Assembly: GCA_024137785.1 (NCBI GenBank)
Contig: JAHRHZ010000081.1
Span: forward strand, 15,323,245 to 15,387,244
Length of the DNA stretch: 64,000 nucleotides
From: Ginglymostoma cirratum
Taxonomy: Eukaryota
Direction: 5' to 3'
The notes under the pieces were generated by a model. It was given only the letters and a program-made list of their open reading frames with translations, did not search any database and was not told the origin of the DNA. Positions 23,031 through 37,600 of this stretch are shown piece by piece (position 1 is the stretch's first letter; every line of letters starts with the position of its first letter). Both the position numbers and the translations under genes were made by a program.

Positions 23031-24956
23031 ATAAAAAGTCCGTGATTCTGTGATCTCTAGTGGCACATATTTACCACTATGCCTTTTCCTATCTTGTGCC
23101 CATTGCTCACCTACAACTCTTGAGACACAATCTCAAATAGTTTGCTATTATCCTGAGATTGTTTACCTGCAAAGCTCACATTAATTTTGCTTTTAAAAAT
23201 ACGCCCAGCGCCATTTGCTTCTGTGGGTCTGTCAGCTGTCTGTAACTGCTTTTGATCGTGCATCCTAGTTTCCTAATAGGTAGCTGATCTCAAATGTCTG
23301 AATAGAAAAGCCTTGTATTTACATAGTGCTTTTTATGTCCAAAAGACCTCTGAACGTCATCAGACATCCCTATATTTGTCAGCTTTGCCAAGCAGAAAAG
23401 GTTAAGCTTGATCAGTTAGGAGTGTTGAAATGTTGAGTGTGTTATGGTCTATGTCCCAAATGTAAATATTTGTTTAGTGCCATTGTGGCTTGGAATATTC
23501 TATTGTATTGTGAATTTTCAGCTGTGAAGAATTCATTTAAATGCCTTTATTTTTAAAGGTTTTGCGGCATATATATTTCAACATTTTTTTCGTACTTCCC
23601 AATTCAGTGTTCTTCAGCCTTGTGAACTTGCGAAAAGTTAATTGCTCAGAGAAACCACTACGTTGATTCACAGCACCATGAATAGATAAAGGGAAAGCTC
23701 ACCAGATGCTGAATTTAGATCCATTGTTTTGACAGTGTAAAGGAGCTTTGTCCTTGACCTCACATCGAGAGTACTCTACATTTGCAGTGGCTGCACAGTG
23801 AAAAATGATCCATTCCTTAGCACAAATGTCTCCAATTCCAGAGCCCCATGCAGTGCAATGTTCTACAGCATGATAACCCTTGTGTTAAAGAATTTCCTCC
23901 ACCTTTCCAATAAAGTACTTTTTGAAACAACTGCACAAAGGCCAGTATCTTGTCACCAAATCACTCTTTATTTATGTGTACGAGAGTAATGAGGGTTCTG
24001 ACCAGCCAGCTCAGAACCAGTCCCGAGAATCAGGAGACTCTCTGAATCTACAGCTTATAACTTTTTTATTTAACCTATTTTTCTGATCAACCTGTTCCAA
24101 GATGCTATTACACACCTCTGGTGCAAGTGGGACTTGAACCCAGACTTCCTGGTCCAGAGGTAGGGCATTACCACTGTGCCACAGAGCCCTATTCTCCTAC
24201 TTACATCTGTCAGCCAGGGCTCCCTGATTGGCCCAGGTTAAAAGTCCCAATCAAGGATCTCATAGTCAACAAGATCCACCTGAGCCTCGTTCCAAGCACA
24301 ACACTCTTATAATAGTTGAGTCTTTAACTTTTTGAATTTGTCAATGAGTGGAAACAAGCTTTCGTTATTTATCCTTCGAACTCTCTCTTCCTTTTGAAAA
24401 CCATTCAATTTTCCTTCATCCTCTTTATTTCAGTGAACAAACTCTGATTTTTTCAACTTTAGTTTTTCTCTAGGACCTCTAATTCCATATGACAATCCTG
24501 GTGAATCCTCAAAATGACTTTCCCAGGACTTTCAATTCTTCCTGCATTCAATCTTCCAAAGCAACCTAACTAACATATTGTTCATATTTCTCATCACATT
24601 TTTATTTTTGCGTTCAATTTACATTTACATTTTGAAGCCTTTACAGACCTATTTGCTTTTTTAATGACCTTTCGTAAATGTAGTGCTGGATTCATTTGGT
24701 TTAGCGCAATCTTGAGAATCTCAGTTTTTTTTAAAGGCTGACTTCCTTTCACAACTTTTCACCATCCTTTCACAACATGATGGTCTGCTTCACAATGCTC
24801 TGATTTATGCTTCCTTCTACTCTATTTACGATACTTCACTAACCTGGTTACATCTTTCTGTAATTTCTTAATTTCCTGTTCAGTGTGCCACATGCCCAAA
24901 TTTTGTATCATATGGACTTCAATTCCTTGTGATTATGCCCAAGTCATTGGTGTGTT

Positions 24957-25285
24957 GATGGCCCAGTGGTATTATTGCTAGACTGTTAATCCAGAAACTC
25001 AGCTAATGTTCTGGGGAACTGGGTTCAAATCTTGCCACAGCAAAAGGTTGGGGTGAGGAGAAAAAACTCTGGAATTAAGAGTCTAATGATGATCACAAAT
25101 CTGTTGTTGGAGGAACCACCCATCTGGTTCACTAATATCCCTTAGGGAAAGAAACTGCTATCTTTGTCTGGCCTGGCCTACATGTCTCTAGATGAAAAGC
25201 AATGTGGTTGACTTTTAACCTCCTCTAGGCAATAAATGCTAGCCTAGCCAGTGATGCCGCCTTCCTGAGAATGAATAAAGGGAAA
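24957..25285 (+). mobile_element. tRNA-derived SINE sharing its 3' tail with the LINE at 1-1172
   Basis: gatggcccagtggt (A box)...gggttcaaatc (B box)...ggcaataaatgct...gaatgaataaa. Confidence 0.75.
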
Positions 25286-25607
25286 AAAAAATTATTGACA
25301 CAGGTGCAAGGGAGGTTTCAGCAATGACCTGCTTTTACTTAGCACCTTAACACAGTTAGTGTGCTTCAATAGGATCATCATCAAACTAGCTTTAGCACAC
25401 AATCACATAGGAAATATAAGGCAGGTGTGACTATAAGTTCATTCAAAGAAGAAAGTTGTAAGAAGTGACTTTAAAAGTAGCAGAGGTGGAGAAGTTTAAA
25501 AAGGGAACTCTAGAGATTAGCGATTAAACAGTTGAAAAGCATGCTTGCTAATGGTGGAGTGAGACTAACTGGAGGCAATTTGCCACAACTGGTGAAATAA
25601 TGGGGAG

Positions 25608-25937
25608 GTGATGGCCTAGCAGTATTATCGTTGATCCAGATAACATTTTTGGGACATGGGTTCAAGTCCCGTCATGGCAGATGGTAGAATTTGAGTTCAA
25701 TAAATATCTGGAATTAAGAGTCTAACGATAACCCTGAATCCATTGTCAATTATTGGAAACATCCATCTGGTTCACTAATGCCCTTTAGGGAGGAAACTGC
25801 CATCCTTACCTAGTCTGGCCTACATGTGATTCCAGATCCACAGCAATGTGGTTGACTCTTAACTGCCCTCTGGACAATTAGGAATGGGCAATAAACGCTG
25901 GCCTGGCCAACAACACCCTCATCTGTGAATGAATAAA
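25608..25937 (+). mobile_element. Second copy of the same tRNA-derived SINE
   Basis: Collinear with 24957-25285; further copies at ~53830-54160 (-) and ~63838-63900. Confidence 0.75.
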
Positions 25938-26354
25938 GGACACAGAAATCTGAAGGTTGTGAATTGCTGGAGGTTTGAGAGGTCGTGGGTGTAACAGGAG
26001 GCTTTGGAAAGAAGGACAAAATTAACATTGAGGCAATGGAATACAGAGAAAGCCAACCAGTACAGGGTTGATGAGCCATCACATCTCCACATAGATTTAG
26101 TCTTTGTCTTTAGTGTCTGAATTCCTGTGTCAACATTCTCTTCAAAAATTATTTTCTTCATGTATCTTCCCTAAGATCATTTGTTAAATATTTCCTCAAA
26201 ATTCAAATACACAACACCTATTGTCTTCCTTCCAAACACACTGAAACAAAAGCTGTCTTTCACAATCAATCCTTATGAACTGCAACATTTAAAATATACC
26301 TCTACAACTAAACCTTTGATCGCCTGTTTTAATTTCTGGTTCACGTCAATCTTT

Positions 26355-26900
26355 ATTTGAGTATTGCAAACAATCTTGGTCCCTTTATTTGAGGAAGGAT
26401 GTAGTTGCATCGGAGACAGTTCTAACAAGGTTCGCTGGATTGATCAGAGCTGACGGATTTGTTTCATGATAAAAAGATTGAGCTGTTTAGGCCTATACTG
26501 TCTAGAGCTTAGAAGAATGAGAGGAGATCTAATTGAGGTCTATAAGATGCTAAAGGGGATTGACAAAGTAGACGAAGAAAGGATGTTTCCTCATTTGGGG
26601 CCATCTAGAATGAGAGGGCATAGTTTTTATGATAAGCAGGAGCAGATTTAAAACAGAGATTAAGAGAAATTATTTCTCTCAAAAGGCCATAAATCTGTGG
26701 AATTCACTCCCCACAGTGCAGAGGATGCTGAGACATTAAGTAAATTTAAGAAGGAGATAGGTAGATTTTTAATTAGTAATGGGTTGAAGGGCTATGAAGA
26801 ACAGGCAAGATAGTAAGTCTGAGATGGATTCAGCCATGACAGTCCAAATAGTAGAGCAGGGTTAAGGGGCTGAATGGTCTACTCCTGCTCCTAGTTCTAA
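26355..26900 (+). mobile_element. CR1 LINE 3' fragment
   Basis: ORF 26466 [29 protein letters not shown] is the CR1 ORF2 C-terminus. Confidence 0.85.
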
Positions 26901-28581
26901 AACTACTGTGAATTTTAAATTAAAAGGCATTTCAAATTAAAATTGCAATATAAATGGAACGTGTTGTCCGTGCCAATTTCCCTGTTTAATCATGCATACA
27001 CGGTTGGAAGAAATAGACAAACCACTCAATTACATCTCATTCAATTTTACGTAATAAATAAGAAGTTAAGAATAATTTACAGCCAAGGTAAATGGAAACT
27101 TGTTCATCAATCATAAATCATTTGATGCTATATTTATAATTAGGGAGACACCTCCTTGCTCCTTAGGTGCACTGATAAATATGCACATTCTGTGTTTAAG
27201 ATTTTACTCGGACTATTTGTAAAAGAGATCTCCGTACCCATGTGTACGAATCCATAACTCTTAGTGAGCAGCAGTACACATCTGACTCATTGAAATTACC
27301 TCTTTCACATATTAAACACAGTCTTGTTCTTCCAGTTTTAGCAACATTACATAGTAGTCAAGTTACACGTTCCAATTGCCCAACAAATGCTTGAGTTGAT
27401 TTCACAATCACGTGCTCGCAATGAGATCAGAAAGTGACACCAGGTTCTCACGTTTTTCGTGCTATTGAGAGAAAAATAAAATGTTGTGCACCCTTGATTT
27501 CTCAACCAATTCCCTGTTAAGTCTAGATCCTTGTCCGTGAATTCCAATAACAGATATAAATCTCGAAATTAAATTAACAAGGAGTTAAAACATCGTCTGC
27601 CGAATCACCGACACGATTTGCAGGTTATTACACAAAAAAGAGAAGTAGGCCATTCAGCCCCTCGAGCCTGCTCTGCCATTTAATACGATTGTGGTTGATC
27701 TTGGGCTTTAGCTTAATTTTCATGACCACATCCCTTATCCCCTGAGTCCCTGAGAGACAATAGTAAAATGTGTATCCCAGCCTTAACTGAATTCAATGAT
27801 AGAGCACCCTCAACTCTCTCGGGTAGAGAAACGCCTGAGTGAAGAAATTTCTCCTCATCCCAATCCTAAAAGATCGATCCCTTATCCAGAGATGGCGGCC
27901 CTGTGTTTTAGTTTCCTCGATCAGCAGAAGTAAAGACTCAGAATCTACTTGATCAGCCTTGTCAGAACCTGGCATTTTTCAGTGAGATGTTGACAGCATT
28001 GATATCTACATTTGCTCATTCCTAAAATCAAAACGAAAACGACTTGAAGGATGTTTGCTCTTGATTTGAAAACTCTCACAACAAAGTATACAAGGTTATG
28101 GGCCAAGTGCTGAAGAATGAGATTAGAATAGGTAGGTGCTTGTTTTCATCTGGCGCATACTCAGTGGGCCGAAAGGCCTTTTTCTGTGCTGTAGATCTCT
28201 GTGACTACAAAATGTTCACTAGGAATCCTAACTCTAATCTATTAAAGTGCAGTTCTCTCATATCCTACTGCCCATCGAGACCTTTTGTCAGATTTTGCAT
28301 GTTTAAATTTTGGCATTGTTTAGCTTCAGAACAAAAAAACATTAAGTCTGATTATAAATAATTTGTTCCTCTTCGCACAGTTGCAGTTGATCCAAGTCTT
28401 GCATCTCCAAATAGTCTGAAACAAGGTACAGGTACAAGACTGCTACATTATCAAATAATCCACAAGACTGCTCACTTTCAATGGTACAGTGTTGGCTCAA
28501 GGCGTCTCGCTGCCATTTCACAAAATAAGCTAAAGAAAACAGTCTTTAAAAAAAAATGTACACGTAGAATTTTTACATCCT

Positions 28582-28641
28582 TCAGGAGTTGCCCAGTGAA
28601 GCTGTTGCACTGTTGAGTGAGCTGGGTGTTGCGTGGTAATC
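28582..28641 (-). CDS. duoxa: Candidate terminal coding exon of duoxa
   Basis: Minus strand ctctctgttcattttacag|GAT TAC...TCC TGA (DYHATPSSLNSATASLGNS*); phase 0 fits the donor at 31371. Confidence 0.55.
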   Translation of the reverse strand, partial: DYHATPSSLNSATASLGNS

Positions 28642-31600
28642 CTGTAAAATGAACAGAGAGGAGTATTCATTCAAAAGCGATGGAGTACTTCTGCCAAATG
28701 GACTGTACACACCCATCTCCTTAGCGCCACGGAATAGTTTGCAAATTTAACCATCATAGTTCTGTTTAATTCACTTTCCCTCATGAGTCAGCCCACACCA
28801 TACCATGTTATGAGATTTACTCATTGCTGCGGTCTCGTGAATGCATCTGTGAGAATTTCCAAAGAGATGTAAGAACTGATGTGTAAAGACTGTGGACAGA
28901 AACAGTCAAACATTTAAGAGGTTGCTACCAGTGGCAACAAAGGATTTGTTTTCTGTTTAACCTCGCTGATATATAGTCACAACAGATGTGTCAATCCCAT
29001 GCCTCTCTCTCCCTTCAGTCTCCTACCTCTTTCCCACTCTTGCCATCCTTGGCTCAGAGAGCCCTGTCACCTCTAATATCAGAAAGCCAAGGGGACAAGG
29101 GCCTGCCCAAAAATTACAGGCCACACACAATCCAGTGCTGAGGGAGTGCTGCTCTGTCAGATGCACCTCTCAAGCAGAAGCAGCAGATTCCATGGTACTA
29201 TTTCGAGGAAGATTGGTGTTGTCCTGGTCACTATCTATTCCTCAACCGACACCATCACCTGGTCATTACCTGGTCATTATCTCGTTATTATTTGTGGGGG
29301 ATTGCTGTGTGTCATTTGGGTTTTGCACTTGCATTAAAACAGTAAGCAATTCATTGGTTGTAAAGAACGTTAGCATCTGCTGAAGTAGTGAAAGATGCTA
29401 TACAAATGCACATCTTTCTTTCATCCCCTCAAACTTGACCGAGGTCAAGACTTAGCTGTCTATGGAAATCTTTATTTTCCGATATTAATACAGTAACATG
29501 GTTCTTTGGTAATTAATAACATTGACTTGAAATATTGATATGTAAAAACGTCAAGTTTTCCTGCTCCTATGATGCTGCTTGACCTGCTGTGTTCATCCAG
29601 CCCCATGCTTGTTATCTCTGTAAATTACCTTTTCAGTTCCAAGCATCTTCAGTCTTAGGTATAAACAACAAAGTCCTTGTTTTCAAAGCCATTTTTAATA
29701 TTCTGGAATTAAAAGATTTGGAAACAATTAATATACATTCAAAACAGTTTCAATTCAAGGAAGGCTCATTATATGTGACTCAACCTAGAGTGACACTAGT
29801 TGTGGCATATTTTATGAATCAAGCCTTTTGCAATCCTTTGGAGTGACATTTCACAGAATTTTTGAAAGTTGGGAATACTGTATGCCACTTACATTTTTTG
29901 AGTGCCCTTAAATGTAGGGTAACCCCCAGACTGGCTCACACAGCCATGAGGCTGAAGAAAGCTTCATTTCAAAAACTGGCAAAAAAAAAAATTGGGCAAA
30001 GTATTGGGTTTTCATTAATGCTTTAGAGCAGTAATTTCCAAATGTTTTGGGTTTGTGTATCTCCCTATTCATTTTACCAAGTTGATGCATAACTTGGAGG
30101 CATGTTCTTTTTCAACCACGTTTTATAAATCCCAACCTCATCCAACAGAATCACACACTAAGCATCCCCTACTTCCAGTCCAAGGACCGTCCTGTCAGTT
30201 ACTTGCCCCTCCTCCCACACCATTCTGCCAACTCATTCATTCAGCATTCCCTCTTCCTAAACCTCCTCTTCCCTATTCACTCTGTCGAATCTTTGGGAGT
30301 CAGCTCCAGCGGTGCCTGATCATCAGTCAGTGAGCCATCTCTCCCCACCCCCACACTTGGGCTAGTCCCGCATTAAGCACCATCTGATGTACGGTCATTC
30401 GCTCTCCCACTGTTTCACGCAGAGGGCGATGTGTGTATGGAATAAGCTGCCAGAGGAAATGGTGGAGGCTGGTGTGACTATAACGTTTAAAAGGCATCTG
30501 TAGGCTATATGAATAGAAATGGTTTAGAGGGAAATGGGCCAAATCCTGGCAAATGGGACTAGATTGATTTAGGATATCTGGTCAACATGGATGACTTGGA
30601 CCAAAGGGTCTGTTTCCGTGCTATACAACTCTATGAAGCTATGTCTCTGTCTGAGAATCCCCAGCCTGTGGAGGAGAGAATTCCAAGGAATCATAATTCT
30701 TTATTTCAAAGATTCATCACTACTGATTAAACCTTCTTCTTTACATTTTCAGCTTTACACATAACCTATGGGTTCACCACAATGTTAATTGATCCCTTCA
30801 TATCAACCCTCTTTTCTTTTTGGCTTTGGTGAGCAGCTAATAGCTGAATGCCCTTCCTGCAGCCAACTCTCTCCATTCACCTGGACTGAGAATTGATACT
30901 AGTGCATGGGGTCTTGCCTGCACCAGTAACTAGATTCTTTTGTAGCCAGCAAGTCCTGGGGAGAGACTTAAATCCAGGACTTTCTGGATCAGAGGCAGGA
31001 CAATACCTGCAATTGAGCCACTCCGGTGTCCATTTGAGGAAGCTACAAATTAATGGTGATTTCTTCAGCAAGCCCATTGCAAGGACATTCTAAAACTCCT
31101 AAGAGGTAGATAATATCATTCTCTGCTGTTTTTAAATCATACTGAGCAGTGATCTCTTTCAGGTACTTTACAATTTTTATGGAACAATAATCCCTCTATA
31201 ATAATATTATATCCATTCTTAATTAAGGAGAGTATCCCAACTTTAAATAGAATGGACTTCACAGCATTACTTGAAGAGTCATTATGAGGGAGCGGATGGT
31301 TTTCCAAGATTGGTATTTCTGATTCAGAAAGAAGACATTGATAGAACTGTGAGTTCTCGTTTAAACCTACCTTTAAATATAGAGCATTTCCATATTCATC
31401 AGTAAAATTGTGGTTAATTAATCCAGTGCTCACTTCATTGTCATCGTCCTCCTCTCCATTTAGCATGAAGAATGTTCTCAGTTTCTCTGGGATACAGTGA
31501 TCCATAATGATTACAATCACTCCAAGAATGAAGCACAGCAATGCTAGATTAAAAAAGAAAGGGGTCTGTTATTTGGTGCATGTTCCTAATCTGCTCTTTG

Positions 31601-34600
31601 TGGGAATTGGGAATTTCAATGACCCAATATTAATGGTGCATGCAAGGGGTATAAACTTTGAAATTCTAACTCTGAGCTCTAATCTGCCATGTTCCCATTC
31701 AATTAAATGATTTCCAGCCAATGTCTACATGGGCGCCCTAGCCAACATCTCCGTTTGCCTATCAGGCAGACAGTCAAGCTGGCTGAGGGTCAGAGCAGAA
31801 AGTCTGCAGGGCCTCCACACTCTGAGCCTTGCCTCCATTTTCTCCTATATTGACCTCCCTTTGTCCCTTCTGTCAATACTAAAGCCTATGTTCAAAGAAT
31901 CCCAAGGCTCAATATAAAGCTTGGCGCACTATAGCACAGCAAGTTTAGGGCACCATCGTCGCCTAGCTCTATCAATGCAATAACCCAAGTTCTCAATCTT
32001 TAGCCACTTAGTATAGAAAGTGCCAGGGTTCATCCATTCCCAAAATTGAAGGAAATTGAACGGAGTCAGTTTCAGATGACTCAAAGGGGCAGTAGGTTGG
32101 TCCTCCTTCACAGCCAGGGAAAACATGCACAAACAGGTCTCAAGGGGCTACCAGGGGAATAAGGGCGTCTTGCCTAAGCATTTTCTTTCTCCTTGCACAG
32201 CGAGCTGCTGCAATCTGGAATGCGCTGACCAAAAAGAGCTGTGAAAGCAGATTCAATAATAACATTCAAAAACGAGTTGGATAAAAACCGAAAAATGAAA
32301 TATTTGCAGGTCTATAGGCAAAAAGCAGAGAGGAGGAACTGTCAAAGAGTTGATTAAGCATGAGGGACTGGGTGGGTGTGTCGTTATTTTTCTGTGATAG
32401 GAAGTTGGAATACATAGTACCCAAAAGTAGAGAATAAAAATGTCTTGGGGTCAATCTGACTCTATTTATTTTGTAATTGTTGTTTGGATTTTTCGATCAT
32501 TCGAAAGCATATTCAACAGTTCATTCAATACCCTGGCCACAGGCCGATATTTCAGCAAAGTGAAAGCCAAGCTTATGCCACCAATATGAAAGAACTGAAT
32601 GAGTTTCTATGACCCAAAGGGCATTGAGAGTTAATCACATTGTGTAGAACTTGCAGCACAATTCCACCCAGACCATGGAAAGGTGGTTGATTCCAATGGT
32701 GGAAGAACGTCAATACACCTTTTGGCTTTTTGCAAGGAAAGAAAATTGGCTACCTTTATTTTTCTTGCTTTCTAGTGTCAGGTTATGAATTGATGATTTT
32801 AATAATTTTATGGACTGAATATATCTTCTATGCAGGGAGTAGAGATTCTGAGGAAGGTTACCAGTCCTGAAATGTTAACTCTGCTTTCTCTTCACAGAGA
32901 TACCAGACCTGCAGAGCTTTTCCAGCAGTTTCTGCTTTTGTTTCTGATTTACAGCATCTGTAGTTTTTTTTGATTTTTATTGAGTGGAGACGTCAACTTG
33001 AAGCTATGTTCAAAACAACTCTGGATGCCAGTCCAGACGTGTCAAAGTGTAAGAAAATGGATTTCAACAGCTGTACTACCTATCCTTAACTTCAAGTATT
33101 TCCTGTATTTGTTCCACTAAATGCAACTAATAAATATACCTTAATTGTTAATGAGACTTAAAGCTTAATAATTTCCTCTATATGGTCTACTAAGCATCAA
33201 ATATTTTACTATATTGGCCGATATTGATTTCTTGCCAGTCCCTTGGAAACTTATAAGTAAAGACCCCCTGATTTTGCATTGAATAATTTCAGAAGATAAA
33301 ATAACTTGCAGACATTGCTTGTGGTATTTTCTGGGCAGCCTCAACACTAGGAAAACCAACAGAAGAAAAATTATCCTGATACTACTGCAAGTGTCTGATT
33401 CTTTAGATCAGTATGTCTCCTGTATTCTGAAACACACGTTCACTATGCTTACCAGTTGCTAATGTCAGCCAGAAGGACCCACTGAAATTAGTCTTCAGTG
33501 TTGTCGGACCAAACTGAATGATGCATGGAGATACATTCTGTACAGTCGCAAATGAGATGACTCCGAAGATCATGAATCCAGATGTGACCAATGCCATGTA
33601 GCCTCCGTACACAATAGTTGACATGGAGAAGAGAATATTAGTGATGATCCAGGCACAAAATGCCACCCTAATCCAAAAAGATCAAGAACACAACATTAGG
33701 TCAAAGTAGAGATCTTTGGCACTTCTAAACATTTATTCCGCTAATATGACTTTCCTTTGCTCAATATGATAGTAATCTAGTCAACTAACAATCAGCTATA
33801 CTAGCATCTGGATCTCCCTTCTGACATGATCTATATCTTATCTTGAAACCAGTTTTTACACTGCGTATGTACTTCTTCTAGATGCATCAACTGAACATGT
33901 TGTCCACTCTGCACAGGTAAGTGCGGGATAATTGAGCTAATTGATTTTTCACAATAAAACATTGCATGATGCCAATTTTCAACAGGAATGTTGAATTTCT
34001 CAAGTCACCAAACCATCATAATTTAGGTTAAATTAGACCTGCATTTCTCTGAGTGGATTGGAATAATAACAAGTCAGGTCTGGGAACTTTAGAGACCGTA
34101 GTTTCCCCTGCTCTGTTATTAAGGATGCCCTCAACCACCTCTCCCCCATTTCCTGCACTTCTTCCCTCTCCCCCCAACAACAATAAGGATAGAGACCCCT
34201 TAGTCCTCACATGCCACCCCACCAACCTCTGAATACAACACACCGTCCTTCAGCATTTCTGCCACCTACAATCAGACCCCACCACCAAAAAGATATTTCC
34301 CTCCTCACCCCTATCCACTTTCCTCAGGGACCGTTCACTCCATGACTCCGTCATCAGCTCCACACTCCCCACCAACCCCTCGACCATAGCCCGTACCTTT
34401 CCTTGCAACTGCAGGAGGAGCTACACCTGCCCCTACACATCCCCTCTCAACTCCGTCCGAGGCCCCAAGCAATCCTTCCAAATTCAGCAGACATTCACCT
34501 GCACTTCATCTAATTTCTCCTAAAGTATCTGTTGCTCCCGATGCAGTCTCCTTTATATCTTTATACGTAGACTTGGGGATTGGTTTGTGGAGCACCAGTG

Positions 34601-37600
34601 CTCTACACGTACCAACCAACCTGACCTTCCAGTTGCCATTCACTTTAACTCACCCTCCCACTGCCCTGGTGACATGTCCATCTTTGTCTCCTCCACTGTC
34701 CAAGTGAGGCCAAGTGTAAACTGGAGGAACACAACACCTCATGTTTCGCCTTCGGAGCTTACAGCTCAATGACCTGAATATTGACTTCACCAGCTTCAAA
34801 ATCTCTCCTCCTCCAACCTGTCCATTGGCTGACTCACCTATCTGCTCCACCCTTTCCACTGACCAACCACAATAACCCTCTACATGCATTCGCTTATCTC
34901 TATCTCACCTACACTCCCCCCAGCCCTATTCCCTTCCCCTTATTTATTGCTGGACTTTCCTCCCCCTCCCCAGTCCTGACGAAGGATTTCAGCCTGAAAC
35001 ATTGATTTCCCTGCCTCCTTGGATGCTGTCTGACCTGCTGTGCTTTTCCAGCTCCATGTTCATTGACTCTTGACAATAAGAAGTCACTTGGTTGAAAGCT
35101 TGTCAATTTAGCATAGGTAGATAAAAGGATAAAGCTGCATTTTTTTTAAAACATTGAGATCTCGTTTAGGAATTTGGAAAGTAGAAATTGTAACACAGGG
35201 GAATGTAATTTTGTTCATGCTAGCAGTTTTGGTTCCAGCTCCAAATACCATCCTGTCTCATTTTTCTGTGTTTTCTCCCCTTGTACTGATTAATACATTA
35301 CATTCAATGATTTAAACAACTCCCACTTAAACACTGCAATTGATTCAGCTTCATTGACTCCTTGCATTAGTGCATTCCATAGTTTAATAACCCTTTGTGT
35401 GGAGAAAGCACCTTCAAACCTGTCCTTTACTTTTACATTCATGACCTCCTTTGGCCAGTGGTAATAATCTCTTGCTATTCAGTCTCTTTAAAGGTTAATT
35501 CTTGAGGCTCCTTCACCTTTCTTGCTCCAATATTTTCAGCCCTAGTGTTTTGGTTGCATTATCAATGTTTTCATTTTCCTTCCTCTTCCTTCATCTTGGA
35601 GGAGAGCCAAATGCCATGATACATCCTCTATAATTATGTCCTTTCTTCTTTCCAAAACTGATGTCACATACCTCGCAGACTTTTGTTTAATGACAAACTT
35701 TCATTCATAGTCTTGCTTTAGAGCTTAATGTTCATGTTCCCTTTCTCCGGACTTTTTTTACACTGCTCTATATCATGTTACAGGGCTGTGGTCGCAGCTA
35801 TCAGTCATACTGTCAGTGTAGAAACTGCAACCTCAATTTTACTTTGTTGGCTTGAAAATGCCTCAATCCAGCTGTCAGATCGTGTGCATCTCCTACATTT
35901 TGAACAGCTGTAGAAGAGATGTTAGGCAGTCTGCTTACTCTTCACCCATTTGAGCCCTTTAAGTGCCTAACTCAGGGACTCCCAATGCTGTTGGTCTTTC
36001 ACAAGGCAAGGCATACCCTGCAAAGTGGCTGCATGCTTAAGCTGCTGGACAAAGCAGCTCATTGTGTCCCTCTGTGCTGGTTTGAGTCCTACTGGATACA
36101 ATATAACCTTCCTCTATGTGTTGTGTGATGCAAAGGTTGTGTCCCTACCTCTGGGCCAGAAGGTGTGAGTTCAAATTACACCTTATCCAGAGTTGGGTGG
36201 TAACATATGTCTACGGGATGATTAAAAATAGTTCTTCATGAGCCAGTCTCTGTGCCCTGTTGGGAGGAGTGTCAATGCTTGGACGTTGTACAAAGGCCCT
36301 CCTTAGGTTAAAAAAAAGTCAACTATGCTCCATTCCTCCACTGGCCCCAATAATTCAATGAATTGCCAGAAACATGCGTAATTGTGTCTCTGCATTCCAC
36401 ATTTATTAACTCTCCCTCGCACAGCTGAAGGCACTGTTTAGGGTGAAAACGGTACAATGTATCTTGGGGTAGACTGGAGAGTGGCAATGGCTTCATTAGC
36501 TAGCGAACACAGTCATTAAAAACTTTCACCAATATGCCTTCCTGCTTGGGCATTCTCTGCTGCTAATTAATAAATCGCTCGATGTACAGATTCAACTTCA
36601 CTTTTTGTTCGGGTTGAATTGGAATTCGTACCATGGTTAGGAATTTAGCTCCATATTCAATTCAGAACTGTTCCGTTTGTTTCCCCTTGCAATCGCTACT
36701 ATCCTGGATTCTGAGTCTAAACTCTGCCTGCTTGATCTTGGAATAAAGTGAACCCCTTCATCTTCAAAATGCATCAGAAATACAAATAAAAAAGCATGGA
36801 TGTGTTTTGCTTACCACATCATGGCTGTTGCATAATGTCCAGAGAACCTGTACTGGTCATGAATAAGGCAGGGGTTCTTGCTCTGAAACTTCTCAGCAAC
36901 ATATAAAATTGGATGTGGAAGCCCTCGATTAAGCCCATTGTTATATTGCTCATCATAATTCAGTGCAAATCTCCACAGAAAATTCTCGTTGTAGTCTATG
37001 GTTTCATTCAGCTGGTTCTCAGGGATTCCTGTAAGCACATGGTGTGAAGCATCACCACATGTTAATTCACCTTGCAGTGAGCAAAAATGATAAATATATC
37101 CTCAAAGTAACACTTTGCACTTGACGAAAATCAAAACACTTGAACTTAAGAGTACAATGGCCAACCATTAGCAAGTGCATCTGCGTTGAATCACCCATTC
37201 CTTTTTGTGTCTACTTAAGCTAGCAGATTGTGGGCTAACTACATTGTAAACATATTAAGGGCCAGTTTCCTGCATATGGCAGTGAAATTATAAGCACATC
37301 CTTTCACAGAGCATTTGCCACTACCAGATTCTACCAAATTGGATGCGGTATTAAGATTGGTACCAGAAGAAATTTTCACAAATACAGTGTTACCCCACAT
37401 CCTTGTCAATGGATGATGAATAATGGAATCCTAAATCAATGTATTATTTTCTCAATGTTATTTTTGTTTTATTTAAATGTGTCCCTATTATATATCATAT
37501 CAGAGTATCAATTGATTCTTATCCACTGGTTTACAGTAACAACAAAGTTTGTTTAATCCTCGAAGGCAGACAAGCTAAATTGCTTTGGCAGAGATCTGAC

